A stretch of 64,000 bases of DNA. It comes from an uncultured Chloroflexia bacterium. Lineage in GTDB: Bacteria > Chloroflexota > Chloroflexia > Thermomicrobiales > UBA6265. The notes under the pieces are model-generated. The model was not told the DNA's origin. It saw only the letters and a list, made by a program, of their open reading frames with translations, and did not search any database. Made by a program: the position numbers and the translations under genes. Position 1 is the first letter of the stretch; each line of letters begins with the position of its first letter. Where the stretch lies: positions 134,784-198,783 of the forward strand of contig CAVQGN010000002.1 in assembly GCA_963712055.1 (NCBI GenBank), in the 5' to 3' direction. This document shows positions 25,467-35,690 of the stretch, piece by piece.

Positions 25467-28203
25467 TGAGCACGCCGATCAACTCCTCGGCAGCAATTAG
25501 TCGGTCGCGCTGAACCTGAACCACTGCAGCGGGCGCTCGCGCGACAAAGGCCTCGTTACTGACCTGGGCGGTGGCGCGATCGCGTTCTTTCATCGCTTCG
25601 GCGAGTTCTTTTTCGAGCCGTTCACGCTCGACATCCAGATCAACCGCCTCAGCCGCTACGACCGCAACGATGTCACCTGACGCAACCACCAGATCCCGCT
25701 CGCCGGGGTTCGCTTCGGTTGCGGAAATTGTCAGGTCATCCAGTCCAAGACGGGCCAGCGCTGACAGTTCCCGTTTTGCATTTTCCAGCACCGGCGCCAG
25801 ACTCGGCGAATGCACGGAAGCGGTCAACCACGAACCGGCTTCCATTCCATTTTCCGCGCGAGCGTTGCGAATTCTGGTCACCAGGTCCATCAGATTCCCC
25901 CAGTCCGCTTCGGCTTGGGGATTCCGCTCACCGGGAGTCGGCCAGGGTGCCACCATCACGCTCTCACCGGTATGCGGCAACGCTTGCCACATGACTTCGG
26001 TCGCGAATGGTATGAAGGGATGGAGTATACGCATTGTTCGCTCGAGCAGAAATGCGAGTGTCTGCGCAACCTCCTGCTTTTCGCGCTCATCGGCACGCAA
26101 GCGGACCTTGGCGGCTTCGATGTACCAGTCGCACACCTCCGACCACACGAACTCACGCATTTGCCTTCCCGCTTCACCATAGAGATTTGCTGCCAGCAAT
26201 CTATCGACGTCGGCGTTGACTTGATCGAGACGACTCAAAATCCAGCGGTCAGCGAGCGCAAGCTCTCCGTTAGGTCTCGTAATCCCGTTCTCGTCGAGAT
26301 CGACCTCGACAGATTCGATGGCCTTCAGCGCAAAGCGGGTAGCGTTCCAGAGTTTGTTGACGAAGTTCCGACTCGATTCGACCAAGGTCATACTCAAACG
26401 CATGTCGAGACCTGGCGATCCTTGAGTCACCAGCGCAAAGCGAAGTGCATCCGCGCCGTACTGAGCAGTGATCTCGGTTGGATCGAGGACATTGCCCTTG
26501 GTCTTGGACATCTTCATTCCGTCGGTATCGCGCACCGTACCATGCAGATAAACGGTATGGAAAGGCGAAGTACCCATCATTTCGATGCCGAAAAAAACCA
26601 TTCTTGCGACCCAGAAAAAGAGGATCTCGTAACCGGTTTCCATGATGTGCGAGGGATAAAAGCGACGGAGATCGTCGGTTTCCTCTGGCCAGCCGAGCGC
26701 GGAAAAAGGCCACAGCCCGGAGCTGAACCAAGTGTCGAGCACGTCCGGATCCTGCACGACCTCGCCGCCACAATCCGGACAGGCGGCAATCACCTCGTCG
26801 GTGGTCACGATGGTCGAACCGCATCCCTGGCAATACCAGACCGGAATCCGATGCCCCCACCAGAGTTGGCGGGAAATGCACCAGTCATGGATGTTTTCCA
26901 TCCAATTGAGATAGACGCCCTGAAATCGGTCCGGAACAAACGACACGTCGCCCGATTTCGCAACAGCGATCGCCGGATCGGCGAGCGGCTGCATCCGCAC
27001 AAACCACTGTTCGCTGACGATTGGTTCAACCACCGTTCCGCAGCGATCACAATGCCCGACCGGATGGTTGTGGACGCTGATGCTAACGAGCGCGCCGTCC
27101 TGCTCGAGGCGCGCCACCACCTGCTTGCGGCCATCCGCCATGGTCAGCCCGACAAACGGACCCGCGGCAGCATTCAGCGTCCCATCCGCGTTCATGATGC
27201 TGATCGATGCGAGATCGTGGCGGCGTCCGATCAAGAAGTCGTTGGGGTCGTGTGCCGGGGTGACCTTAACGGCGCCAGTGCCGAACGTGGGATCAACGGC
27301 GTCATCAGCTACGATCGGAATTGAACGCCCAAGTATTGGCAGGATCACCGACTGCCCGATCAGGTCGCGGTAGCGTTCGTCTTCAGGATGAACCGCGACA
27401 CCGCTGTCACCGAGCATCGTTTCCGGACGTGTCGTCGCGACTTTGATCGACCGCGACGGATCGCTTTCGAGCGGATAGGCAATATGCCAGAGGTGGCCAT
27501 CGACATCCTTGTGGACCACTTCGAGATCAGACAGCGCTGTCATACAGCGGGGACACCAGGATATCAGCCGATTGTCGCGGTAGATGAGGCCTTTGTCGAA
27601 CAGGTGCTTGAAAACGACACGGACTGCCTGCGACGGTCCTGGATCCATGGTGAACATGAACCGTGACCAGTCCGCAGACGCGCCCAGGATTCGCATCTGT
27701 TCGCGAATTCTGCCCCGGGTCAGGGTCATGTATTCCCAGACCCGCAGGAGAAAGGCCTCACGGCCGAGATCATGACGAGTCAGCCCTTCAGCGGCCAATT
27801 GCTTTTCGACGACCCATTGACCGGCAATACCGGCATGGTCGGCGCCTGGCAACCAGAGAGCCGCATCGCCTGCCATCCGTCGCCACCGGATCATCAGATC
27901 CTGGAGCGAAACGAACAACGCGTGCCCGACGTGCAGCTCACCAGTCACATTCGGTGGCGGCATGACGACGACAAACGGTCGTTTGGCGGGATCGTCGTCC
28001 GGTCGAAAATAGCCGGCCTCGTCCCACCAATCATAAAGACCTTGTTCGACGAGCGTAGGATCGAAATTGCGATCGAGCGCCTGGCTTGCTGGCGGTCCTG
28101 AACTGGTTTCTGGCTTGGAAAGAGTGGCCACGCGCACATCCTGTTGAGGGTCAGAAAATTCTCCGGCTGCACCCGCAGTCGGTTTGCCTTCAGATTTTGC
28201 CAC
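25429..28203 (-). CDS. valS: Valyl-tRNA synthetase
   Basis: PPPNVTGELHVGHAL, KMSKTKGN, and a C-terminal coiled coil. Confidence 0.97.
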   Translation of the reverse strand: MAKSEGKPTAGAAGEFSDPQQDVRVATLSKPETSSGPPASQALDRNFDPTLVEQGLYDWWDEAGYFRPDDDPAKRPFVVVMPPPNVTGELHVGHALFVSLQDLMIRWRRMAGDAALWLPGADHAGIAGQWVVEKQLAAEGLTRHDLGREAFLLRVWEYMTLTRGRIREQMRILGASADWSRFMFTMDPGPSQAVRVVFKHLFDKGLIYRDNRLISWCPRCMTALSDLEVVHKDVDGHLWHIAYPLESDPSRSIKVATTRPETMLGDSGVAVHPEDERYRDLIGQSVILPILGRSIPIVADDAVDPTFGTGAVKVTPAHDPNDFLIGRRHDLASISIMNADGTLNAAAGPFVGLTMADGRKQVVARLEQDGALVSISVHNHPVGHCDRCGTVVEPIVSEQWFVRMQPLADPAIAVAKSGDVSFVPDRFQGVYLNWMENIHDWCISRQLWWGHRIPVWYCQGCGSTIVTTDEVIAACPDCGGEVVQDPDVLDTWFSSGLWPFSALGWPEETDDLRRFYPSHIMETGYEILFFWVARMVFFGIEMMGTSPFHTVYLHGTVRDTDGMKMSKTKGNVLDPTEITAQYGADALRFALVTQGSPGLDMRLSMTLVESSRNFVNKLWNATRFALKAIESVEVDLDENGITRPNGELALADRWILSRLDQVNADVDRLLAANLYGEAGRQMREFVWSEVCDWYIEAAKVRLRADEREKQEVAQTLAFLLERTMRILHPFIPFATEVMWQALPHTGESVMVAPWPTPGERNPQAEADWGNLMDLVTRIRNARAENGMEAGSWLTASVHSPSLAPVLENAKRELSALARLGLDDLTISATEANPGERDLVVASGDIVAVVAAEAVDLDVERERLEKELAEAMKERDRATAQVSNEAFVARAPAAVVQVQRDRLIAAEELIGVLNDRLAALDGAGN

Positions 28204-28309
28204 GAACCGCTCTGACCGGCTCTATTCAGGGAGAAACTGGAGACGATCCAGCCTGATTAGGTCGCACCTTGAGCTGGTGGCCAGCAATCAAAATAGCGCC
28301 CTGCCATCA

Positions 28310-28318
28310 TGGTAAACT
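28310..28318 (+). promoter_or_regulatory. Putative extended -10 element TGGTAAACT upstream of uvrA
   Basis: TGnTAnnCT pattern about 50 nt upstream of ATG 28368, in the valS/uvrA divergent spacer. Confidence 0.3.
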
Positions 28319-28367
28319 GGGAAGAGTCGATCATCCGTTCGCCTTTTTCCACAGGTGCTCTGCTTCC

Positions 28368-31283
28368 ATGCCTTTGTACGACAAGATCATCGTTCGCGGT
28401 GCCCGCGAACACAACCTTAAGAACGTCGATCTCGAGATTCCGCGGGAAAAACTTGTGGTCTTTACCGGTCTGTCGGGGTCGGGCAAGTCATCGTTGGCTT
28501 TTGACACGATCTTCGCCGAAGGTCAGCGCCGCTACGTCGAATCCCTATCAGCCTATGCCCGTCAGTTCCTCGGTCAGATGGAAAAACCCGATGTCGACCA
28601 TATCGACGGACTTTCCCCGGCAATCTCGATCGACCAGAAAGGCACGAGTCGCAACCCCCGTTCGACGGTCGGGACGGTCACAGAGATCTATGACTATCTC
28701 CGCCTTCTCTATGCGCGGGTCGGACGGCCACATTGTCCAAAATGCGGCAAGCCAATCGAGCAGCAGTCGGTCCAGCAGATGGCTGAACAGGTCATGGCGC
28801 TGCCGGATGGCACCCGCCTGATGGTTCTGGGACCGGTGATTCGCGATCGCAAAGGCGAGCACCTGGCGGTTTTCGATGAAATCCGCAAACAGGGCTTTGC
28901 GCGAGTGCGGGTCGATGGCGATGTCCGCGAGCTCGACGAAACGATCAAACTCGCCAAAACCAAGAAACACAAGATCGAGGTGGTCGTCGACCGTCTCGTC
29001 GTCCGCCATCCCGACGACGAAATCGACAATCCGCTCGACAATCCAGACCGGATCAGACTGATCGAAGCGCTTGAAACCGCACTCAAGATCGGCGAAGGAG
29101 TGGCGCTCGTTCAGATCATCGATGGCGAGGAACTCGTTTTCAGCGAGCAGTTTGCCTGCGCTGATTGTGGCATCAGCATTGGCGAAATCGAACCACGGAA
29201 CTTCTCGTTCAACTCACCTCACGGCGCCTGCCCAGAGTGTTCGGGTTTGGGGGTCAAGCTCGAGTTTGATCCCGAACTCGTGATTCCCAATCCGCGTTTG
29301 AGCATCGATCAGGGCGCCATCGCGCCATGGGTGAAGTCAACAGGCGAAGGGTATAGCTGGTATGCCGCCATGCTGACCGCGCTGGCCGAACGGGGCGGAT
29401 TCACCATTGACCAGCCATTCAACACCATATCGCCAGCCATGCAGGAAACGCTGCTCTACGGCAGAAACGCCGGCGAAGTTACCGTGAAATACCGAAACAA
29501 ATATGGGCGAGAGCGCTCCTACAAGACACCGTTCGAAGGCGTCCTGCCGAGTTTGCAGCGACATTTCGACCGATCGTCCTCGGACTACGTCCGCGAAGAG
29601 CTGAGCAAGTATCAGGCTGCTCGCCCCTGTCCCTCCTGCAACGGCAATCGCCTGCGCAAGGAATCGCTGGCCGTGCTTGTCAGCGACAAGAACATTGTCG
29701 ATGTCACGCGCCAGCCAATCCGGATCGCCGAAGCCTGGGCGAAGCGATTGGCGGAAGATCCGAGCGAAAGCACAAACGCGGTATTGACGGGTCGCGAGTT
29801 CATCATTAGTCGTCAGATCGTCAAGGAAATCCGTGAACGTCTAGGATTTCTAATCGACGTCGGTCTCGACTACCTCACGCTCGATCGAGCGGCCAACACC
29901 CTGTCCGGAGGCGAAGCCCAGCGCATTCGGCTTGCCACCCAGATTGGTTCGGGTTTGATGGGTGTGCTCTACATTCTCGACGAACCGAGTATCGGGCTGC
30001 ATCAGCGGGACAATGCGCGCCTGATCCAGACCCTCCAGCGACTTCGCGATCTCGGCAACACCCTCATCGTCGTCGAACATGATGAGGACATGATGCGGGC
30101 GGCCGACTGGATTGTCGACATCGGTCCGCATGCCGGGATTCATGGTGGCCATATCATCGCCGAAGGTCCACTCGCAACGATTGCCGCGGCACCGGATTCG
30201 ATCACCGGGCAATTCCTGAGCGGACGGCGCGAGATAACCATGCCGAAGCAACGACGGACCGGAAGCGGAAACACGCTGACGATCGTCGGAGCCAGGGAGA
30301 ACAACCTCCAGAATGTGACTGTTGATCTGCCGCTCGGAACCTTTGTTGCGGTGACCGGCGTTTCCGGTTCTGGTAAGAGCTCGCTTATCACCGACACGTT
30401 ATACCCGCGGCTCGCACAGGAGTTCCATCACGCAAAGGCCCGACCGGGCGCACATGATGCGATCGAAGGGATGGAGTTTCTGGATAAGGTGATCGACATC
30501 GACCAGAGCCCGATTGGTCGAACGCCCCGGTCGAATCCAGCCACCTACACCGGGATGTTCACTCCGATTCGCGAACTCTTCGCGTCGCTCCCAGAGGCTA
30601 AAGCACGCGGCTACAAAGCCGGACGTTTCTCGTTCAACGTCAAGGGCGGACGCTGCGAAGCCTGCAAGGGCGAAGGGATCATCCAGATCGAGATGAACTT
30701 CCTTCCCGATGTCTTTGTTCCGTGCGAGGTCTGTCAGGGCAAGCGCTACAACCGGGAAGCACTGGAGATCACCTTCAAAGGCAAATCGATCGCGGATGTT
30801 CTCGAAATGACGGTCACCCAGGCGCTTGAGTTCTTCGACAATATCCCGGCCGTGCGGAACAAGCTGCAAACACTCGAGGATGTCGGCCTCGGCTATATCC
30901 ATCTCGGGCAACCGGCAACCCAGTTGTCGGGTGGAGAAGCCCAGCGCGTGAAACTCTCGACTGAGTTGTCGCGGCGTGCAACCGGGCGAACGATGTACAT
31001 CCTCGACGAACCGACAACCGGTCTCCATTTCGCCGATATCGAACGTTTGCTCGGCGTCCTCCAGCGTCTGGCCGATGGCGGCAACACGATCGTCGTGATC
31101 GAACACAACCTCGACGTGATCAAATGCGCCGACTGGTTGATCGACATGGGTCCCGAAGGCGGCAACGGTGGTGGTCGCGTGGTCGCGATTGGAACACCGG
31201 AAACCGTTGCTGAGAATCCGGAGTCGTTCACGGGGCACTATCTCCGCCCGATCCTGGCGCCAACGGCCGTTGCAGCCGACTGA
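28368..31283 (+). CDS. uvrA: Excinuclease ABC subunit A
   Basis: [56 protein letters not shown], with a second ABC module [10 protein letters not shown]. The ORF-track start 28269 is an upstream extension. Confidence 0.97.
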   Translation: MPLYDKIIVRGAREHNLKNVDLEIPREKLVVFTGLSGSGKSSLAFDTIFAEGQRRYVESLSAYARQFLGQMEKPDVDHIDGLSPAISIDQKGTSRNPRSTVGTVTEIYDYLRLLYARVGRPHCPKCGKPIEQQSVQQMAEQVMALPDGTRLMVLGPVIRDRKGEHLAVFDEIRKQGFARVRVDGDVRELDETIKLAKTKKHKIEVVVDRLVVRHPDDEIDNPLDNPDRIRLIEALETALKIGEGVALVQIIDGEELVFSEQFACADCGISIGEIEPRNFSFNSPHGACPECSGLGVKLEFDPELVIPNPRLSIDQGAIAPWVKSTGEGYSWYAAMLTALAERGGFTIDQPFNTISPAMQETLLYGRNAGEVTVKYRNKYGRERSYKTPFEGVLPSLQRHFDRSSSDYVREELSKYQAARPCPSCNGNRLRKESLAVLVSDKNIVDVTRQPIRIAEAWAKRLAEDPSESTNAVLTGREFIISRQIVKEIRERLGFLIDVGLDYLTLDRAANTLSGGEAQRIRLATQIGSGLMGVLYILDEPSIGLHQRDNARLIQTLQRLRDLGNTLIVVEHDEDMMRAADWIVDIGPHAGIHGGHIIAEGPLATIAAAPDSITGQFLSGRREITMPKQRRTGSGNTLTIVGARENNLQNVTVDLPLGTFVAVTGVSGSGKSSLITDTLYPRLAQEFHHAKARPGAHDAIEGMEFLDKVIDIDQSPIGRTPRSNPATYTGMFTPIRELFASLPEAKARGYKAGRFSFNVKGGRCEACKGEGIIQIEMNFLPDVFVPCEVCQGKRYNREALEITFKGKSIADVLEMTVTQALEFFDNIPAVRNKLQTLEDVGLGYIHLGQPATQLSGGEAQRVKLSTELSRRATGRTMYILDEPTTGLHFADIERLLGVLQRLADGGNTIVVIEHNLDVIKCADWLIDMGPEGGNGGGRVVAIGTPETVAENPESFTGHYLRPILAPTAVAAD

Positions 31284-31411
31284 AGACTCGCTTCGGCTGA
31301 CGGCTCTATTTTCAGCGTGATACCATCCTCACTGCTTGCCGGAAAAGCGTTGGTGTCGGTAAGCGGTCACCTGGTGCGAGGGCGACGTTCGATCAGCTGA
31401 CTCCGTAAGGA

Positions 31412-31978
31412 ATGCCTGTCGTCGTGAACCGCGCGGTCCTGGTCCTTAATCAGAACTATGAACCCCTGAACATCTGCAACGGTCGTCGGGCAATCGTGCT
31501 TGTCTTTTCGGGCAAAGCCGAAGTCCTCGAGCACCACGATACCGTAATCACGACAACAACCCAGGAATTCCTTTTCCCTTCCGTGATCCGACTCGTCTAT
31601 CTCATCCGCAGCCCGCGTGCGCGAGTCAAACTCACGCGGCGTGAGGTGTTCGCCAGGGATGGCTTCACCTGTCAGTACTGCGGTCGTATGACCCACGATC
31701 TCACCCTCGATCACATCATCCCCCGCTCTCGCGGGGGTCTTCATACCTGGGACAATCTGACCTCTGCTTGCCGGTCCTGCAATCACCGCAAAGGCGGAAA
31801 ATCTCTGCACGAAGCGCGGATGAGACTCAACCGGCCACCATTCGAACCGAATCCAGGTCGGTACTATTCGATCGAGCGGCGCCTCGAATCCGGGGTTCAT
31901 GAAGCGTGGTACAAATTCCTGCCGGGCTGGAACGGCGACCATGGGTCAGACGGTATCACCCGCATGACTGCTGACTGA
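31412..31978 (+). CDS. HNH endonuclease-domain protein (McrA-like, stand-alone)
   Basis: FTCQYCG.....LTLDHIIPRSRGG.HTWDNLTSACRSCNHRKG. Confidence 0.85.
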   Translation: MPVVVNRAVLVLNQNYEPLNICNGRRAIVLVFSGKAEVLEHHDTVITTTTQEFLFPSVIRLVYLIRSPRARVKLTRREVFARDGFTCQYCGRMTHDLTLDHIIPRSRGGLHTWDNLTSACRSCNHRKGGKSLHEARMRLNRPPFEPNPGRYYSIERRLESGVHEAWYKFLPGWNGDHGSDGITRMTAD

Positions 31979-32056
31979 ACGCCGACTCAATCTTCCCGGG
32001 CGACTTGGCCCGGAAACGACTGCAGGTTTTGCTGAACATCTGAAAGGGATCTTCCC

Positions 32057-33355
32057 GTGCTCGATATTCGCCTGATTCGAGAGCAACCGGACATGATCCG
32101 GGAGGCCCTCAAAACGCTGAACGCGACGGCGCCAATCGATGACATTCTGGCCGTCGATGTGTCCCGCCGCGAACTCCTCGGTCGTGTCGAGGGACTCAAA
32201 GCGCAACGCAACGAAGGCTCAAAAGCGGTATCGACGACGAAGGATCCGGCCGAACGCGAGCGGTTGATCACCACGATGCGGACGCTTGGCGATGAAATTG
32301 CCAAACTCGATGACGAATTGCGCCTGATCGACCAGCATCAGCAAGATCTCTTGCTGAGTGTGCCGAATCTGCCGCTTCCAGAGGTGCCAGTCGGCGCTGA
32401 CGAAAGCGAGAATGTGGTTGCCTACGAGCGGGGCGACAAACCCGAGTTCGAGTTTGCCCCGAAACCACACTGGGAGATCGGCGAAGAGCTGGGCATCATC
32501 GATTTCGAACGCGGGACGAAGATTTCCGGTGCTCGATTCTACGTACTTCGCGGTGATGGAGCCCGATTGCAGCGGGCATTGATCGCCTGGATGCTTGACC
32601 TGCACGTGAAGAAACATCATTACCAGGAGGTCTATCCGCCGTATCTCGTGCTTGGCGAGATGATGGTCGGGACGGGCCAGCTACCGAAATTCGCCGACGC
32701 CCAGTTTCGTGACATCTCCGAGGACAAATGGCTCATTCCGACGGCCGAAGTCCCAGTTACCAATCTCTATCGCGAAGAGATCTTGGATGAGAGCCTGCTT
32801 CCGATTTACCACGTCGCCTATACCGCCTGCTTTCGGCGAGAGCAGATCTCCGGCGGCAAAGAAGTGCGAGGCATCAAACGGGGATATCAGTTCGACAAAG
32901 TTGAAATGGTGAAATTCGTCCACCCGGACAATTCAGCCGACGAGCACAAACGTTTGATCAGCGAAGCCGAGGATGTCCTGATTCAGCTCGAACTTCCTTA
33001 TCGACTACTGCAAATGTGCACTGGAGACCTCTCCTTTACCGCAGCCAGCAAATACGATCTCGAAGTATGGTCACCAGGTGTCTCGGAATGGTTGGAAGTC
33101 TCATCCTGCTCGAATTTCGGCGATTTCCAGGCTCGACGGGCGAACATCCGCTATCGCCCCGAGGGCGGCGGACGACCGCAGTTTCTCCATACACTGAATG
33201 GATCCGGTCTGGCATTGCCACGTACGATGATTGCGATCATGGAGAATTACCAACAGGCAGACGGAAGTTTCCGGGTGCCGACGGTCCTGCAACCCTATCT
33301 TGGAGGCCAGGAGGTAATCGGCGCTCAACCTCCGATCGGGCCGGCCGTCTCCTGA
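32057..33355 (+). CDS. serS: Seryl-tRNA synthetase
   Basis: GTG start. MLDIRLIRE.PD.I...L, an N-terminal coiled coil, and class-II motifs (FRRE, GSGLA.PR). Confidence 0.95.
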   Translation: MLDIRLIREQPDMIREALKTLNATAPIDDILAVDVSRRELLGRVEGLKAQRNEGSKAVSTTKDPAERERLITTMRTLGDEIAKLDDELRLIDQHQQDLLLSVPNLPLPEVPVGADESENVVAYERGDKPEFEFAPKPHWEIGEELGIIDFERGTKISGARFYVLRGDGARLQRALIAWMLDLHVKKHHYQEVYPPYLVLGEMMVGTGQLPKFADAQFRDISEDKWLIPTAEVPVTNLYREEILDESLLPIYHVAYTACFRREQISGGKEVRGIKRGYQFDKVEMVKFVHPDNSADEHKRLISEAEDVLIQLELPYRLLQMCTGDLSFTAASKYDLEVWSPGVSEWLEVSSCSNFGDFQARRANIRYRPEGGGRPQFLHTLNGSGLALPRTMIAIMENYQQADGSFRVPTVLQPYLGGQEVIGAQPPIGPAVS

Positions 33356-33358
33356 AGA

Positions 33359-34357
33359 TCAGGCCGCAGACTCGGGCAGGTCACGGAGAATCCGTTCGAG
33401 TACGTCATCAGGCGTGATTCCGGAGGCTTCCGCTTCGAAGTTGAGAATGATCCGATGCCGCAGAGCCGGGATCGCGACCGCGCGGATATCGTCGAACGCC
33501 ACGTTTAGCCGACCTTCGAGCAACGCCCGAATCTTTGAACCGAGAACGATAGATTGCGCTCCGCGAGGGCTCGCGCCATAGCGCACGTAGCGGTTGACAT
33601 CCGCCGTGGCTCGCGGATTTCCCGGATGGGTCGCCATGACGAGTCGCACGACATAGTCAGTCACGCTGGTGGCAATCGGCACCGTACGAGCGAGATCGCC
33701 CAACTGAACGATCGCCTCACCAGTGGCTACGGATATCGCACTGAGATGCAATCCGGCCGTCGTTCGGCGAAGTATTTCAGCCATATCCGGTTCAGTCGGA
33801 AATGGCACGATCAACTTGAAGAAGAACCGGTCGAGTTGGGCTTCCGGTAACGGATAGGTTCCTTCCATCTCGAGTGGGTTCTGCGTCGCCAGGACGAAAA
33901 ACGGTGCTCGCAGCGGATGGATCGTGTTCGCCACCGACACGGTTTTGTCCTGCATCGCTTCGAGCAATGCAGACTGCGTTTTCGGCGTAGCGCGGTTGAT
34001 CTCGTCTGCCAGCACGAGGTTGGCAAAAATCGGACCGGGCTGAAACGCAAACTGCCGTTCTCCCGCATCAGACTCCATCAGGATGTTCGTACCTGTGATA
34101 TCCGCAGGCATCAGATCAGGTGTGAACTGAATCCGGCTGAAATCAAGCTCGAGCGAATCGGCCAGCGTTTTCACCAGCATCGTTTTGCCAAGACCAGGTA
34201 CACCTTCGAGCAACGCATGTCCACCGGCGATGATGCAGATCAGGACCTCGCGGACGATTTCCTGCTGGCCTACCATCACTCGACTGATTTCGGTTTCGAT
34301 TGCCGTCGCGACCTCGGCAAACGCGGCAGTGGTCATCGTCGATTCGGATGTGCTCAT
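33359..34357 (-). CDS. MoxR-family AAA+ ATPase
   Basis: VGQQEIVREVLICIIAGGHALLEGVPGLGKT.LVKTLA......RIQFTPDLMPADITG. I prefer start ATG 34357, which has a GAGGAG SD 10 nt upstream. Confidence 0.9.
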   Translation of the reverse strand: MSTSESTMTTAAFAEVATAIETEISRVMVGQQEIVREVLICIIAGGHALLEGVPGLGKTMLVKTLADSLELDFSRIQFTPDLMPADITGTNILMESDAGERQFAFQPGPIFANLVLADEINRATPKTQSALLEAMQDKTVSVANTIHPLRAPFFVLATQNPLEMEGTYPLPEAQLDRFFFKLIVPFPTEPDMAEILRRTTAGLHLSAISVATGEAIVQLGDLARTVPIATSVTDYVVRLVMATHPGNPRATADVNRYVRYGASPRGAQSIVLGSKIRALLEGRLNVAFDDIRAVAIPALRHRIILNFEAEASGITPDDVLERILRDLPESAA

Positions 34358-34398
34358 GTCTGGAAAACTCCTCTGAACTATCGCCGTTAGCCGAGGTA

Positions 34399-34575
34399 CT
34401 ACCGACTCAGCAGATAAACCGCCAGCACGGCCAAACACATGGCGCCAAGGATCAGATAGGCGACTCCGGCCACTGCCAGAATTGACCATTTCTCCCGCCG
34501 AGTCGGCGCTCGGACCGGAAGCACTTCTTCGTCGGGCATTGCTTCTTCGATTTCGACCACTGTCTCGTCAGTCAT
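34399..34575 (-). CDS. Candidate 58-aa single-pass membrane micro-protein
   Basis: Below the ORF-track cutoff; my translation is MTDETVVEIEEAMPDEEVLPVRAPTRREKWSILAVAGVAYLILGAMCLAVLAVYLLSR. Its ATG lies 3 nt after the GT4 stop (TGAccgATG). It has an acidic N-terminus and one hydrophobic helix. Confidence 0.4.
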   Translation of the reverse strand: MTDETVVEIEEAMPDEEVLPVRAPTRREKWSILAVAGVAYLILGAMCLAVLAVYLLSR

Positions 34576-34578
34576 CGG

Positions 34579-35673
34579 TCAATCCGCGACCATTCTGATG
34601 GCCTGGCTGGCCGCCAATGCACTGCTATCCCAACTGTAACGTCTCGCCCGCGCTTGGCGGTGTTCGCTGCGCCCAGGTGGTGTCACCGTTGGATCCAGTA
34701 GCAACGCGATTCCTGCCATCACCGCTTGGATGGAGGCGGGATTCGTATATACCGCCTGCTCAGCGGCTACCTCGTGATGAACCGGAAGGTCGCTGGCCAG
34801 TACAGGAATGCCGGTGGCCAATGCCTCGATCAAGGGTAGATTGAAACCTTCGTACCACGACAGCGCAAGTAGCCCGCTCGCTCCAGCATACAGGGAGGGG
34901 AGATCACGCTCTGGTACATAGCCGACATAGCGAACTCTGCCACTAGCGCTCGCGCGCGCGATTTCCGCCCAGATCGGTTCGGAGTCCCATCCGGCGCCGC
35001 CAACAATGACCAGCGGAAGATCCGAACCGTTTATCACGGCCCGGATTGCGGTGACCTGGTTCTTACGCGGTTCGAGGGTGCCGACAGACAAAAGATAGTT
35101 TCCTGGCAGTTTCAACCGCCGCCGCAAGGCGGTTGTCGGTTCTTCGGCGTGAAAGAAACGCTCGTCGGCCGCGTTCGCCGCGACCGTGATCATCCTGTCT
35201 GGAAGTCGATACAGCTCGATGATCTCCTGTTTCACGCTCTCGGAAACCGTCACTACATGGGCAGCCCTGTGCAGCTGGTCAGCCACCGCCTGGTCGAGAA
35301 AGCGTCTGAGCCCTTCCGGCATCCGTTCAGGCGCCTTTCTCCAGGCAAGATCGTGAATCGTCACAATCTCCCGGTTCCCTCTCGGAGTGGTGAAATCGGG
35401 CGAATAGGAAACGGTTGCGCTGCGAGTGTTCATCAGGAATCTCGGGAGGGACATACCACGTCGAAACAGAATCCGATCGACAGTCAGCCGTGAAACTCTC
35501 GAACGGAGAATAGGCCGACTCTGATCTTCTGGAGACAACCATTCGCTCGGCTCAAGACCCAGAGGATCGTCATCCATCGCGACCCAGAGGGTTGGATCAA
35601 GATCATCGATCAAGGGCAACAGGCGCGACACCAGCGAACGGCTGTATCGCCCGATTCCGGCTCGTTGGTTCAC
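34579..35673 (-). CDS. Family-4 (GT-B, RfaG-like) glycosyltransferase
   Basis: GIGRY......LLSVGTLEPRKN......YEGFNLPLIEALATGIPVLASD. The conserved N-terminal strand ...AILIDASAAV lies upstream of GTG 35673, so the true start may be CTG 35694. Confidence 0.85.
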   Translation of the reverse strand: MNQRAGIGRYSRSLVSRLLPLIDDLDPTLWVAMDDDPLGLEPSEWLSPEDQSRPILRSRVSRLTVDRILFRRGMSLPRFLMNTRSATVSYSPDFTTPRGNREIVTIHDLAWRKAPERMPEGLRRFLDQAVADQLHRAAHVVTVSESVKQEIIELYRLPDRMITVAANAADERFFHAEEPTTALRRRLKLPGNYLLSVGTLEPRKNQVTAIRAVINGSDLPLVIVGGAGWDSEPIWAEIARASASGRVRYVGYVPERDLPSLYAGASGLLALSWYEGFNLPLIEALATGIPVLASDLPVHHEVAAEQAVYTNPASIQAVMAGIALLLDPTVTPPGRSEHRQARARRYSWDSSALAASQAIRMVAD

Positions 35674-35690
35674 GGCCGCGCTGGCGTCTA

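Noticed and set aside
25810-27324. 504-aa + strand ORF antisense to valS. The same class includes 9030..9941 (anti-mnmG), 30399..31238 (anti-uvrA), 19041..19868 (anti-aldH), 16450..17178 (anti-nuoG), 22428..23087 (anti-RR), and 49264..50100 and 49608..50345 (icd region)
   Set aside because: All lie fully inside strongly supported genes on the opposite strand. All have low-complexity Arg/Pro/Ser-rich translations and no recognisable motifs. They are shadow ORFs.
31412-31978. HNH endonuclease as a marker of a mobile element, homing endonuclease or restriction system
   Set aside because: There are no flanking repeats, integrase, methyltransferase or intein/intron context. It is a single compact gene between uvrA and serS, resembling the widely conserved stand-alone McrA-like HNH proteins.
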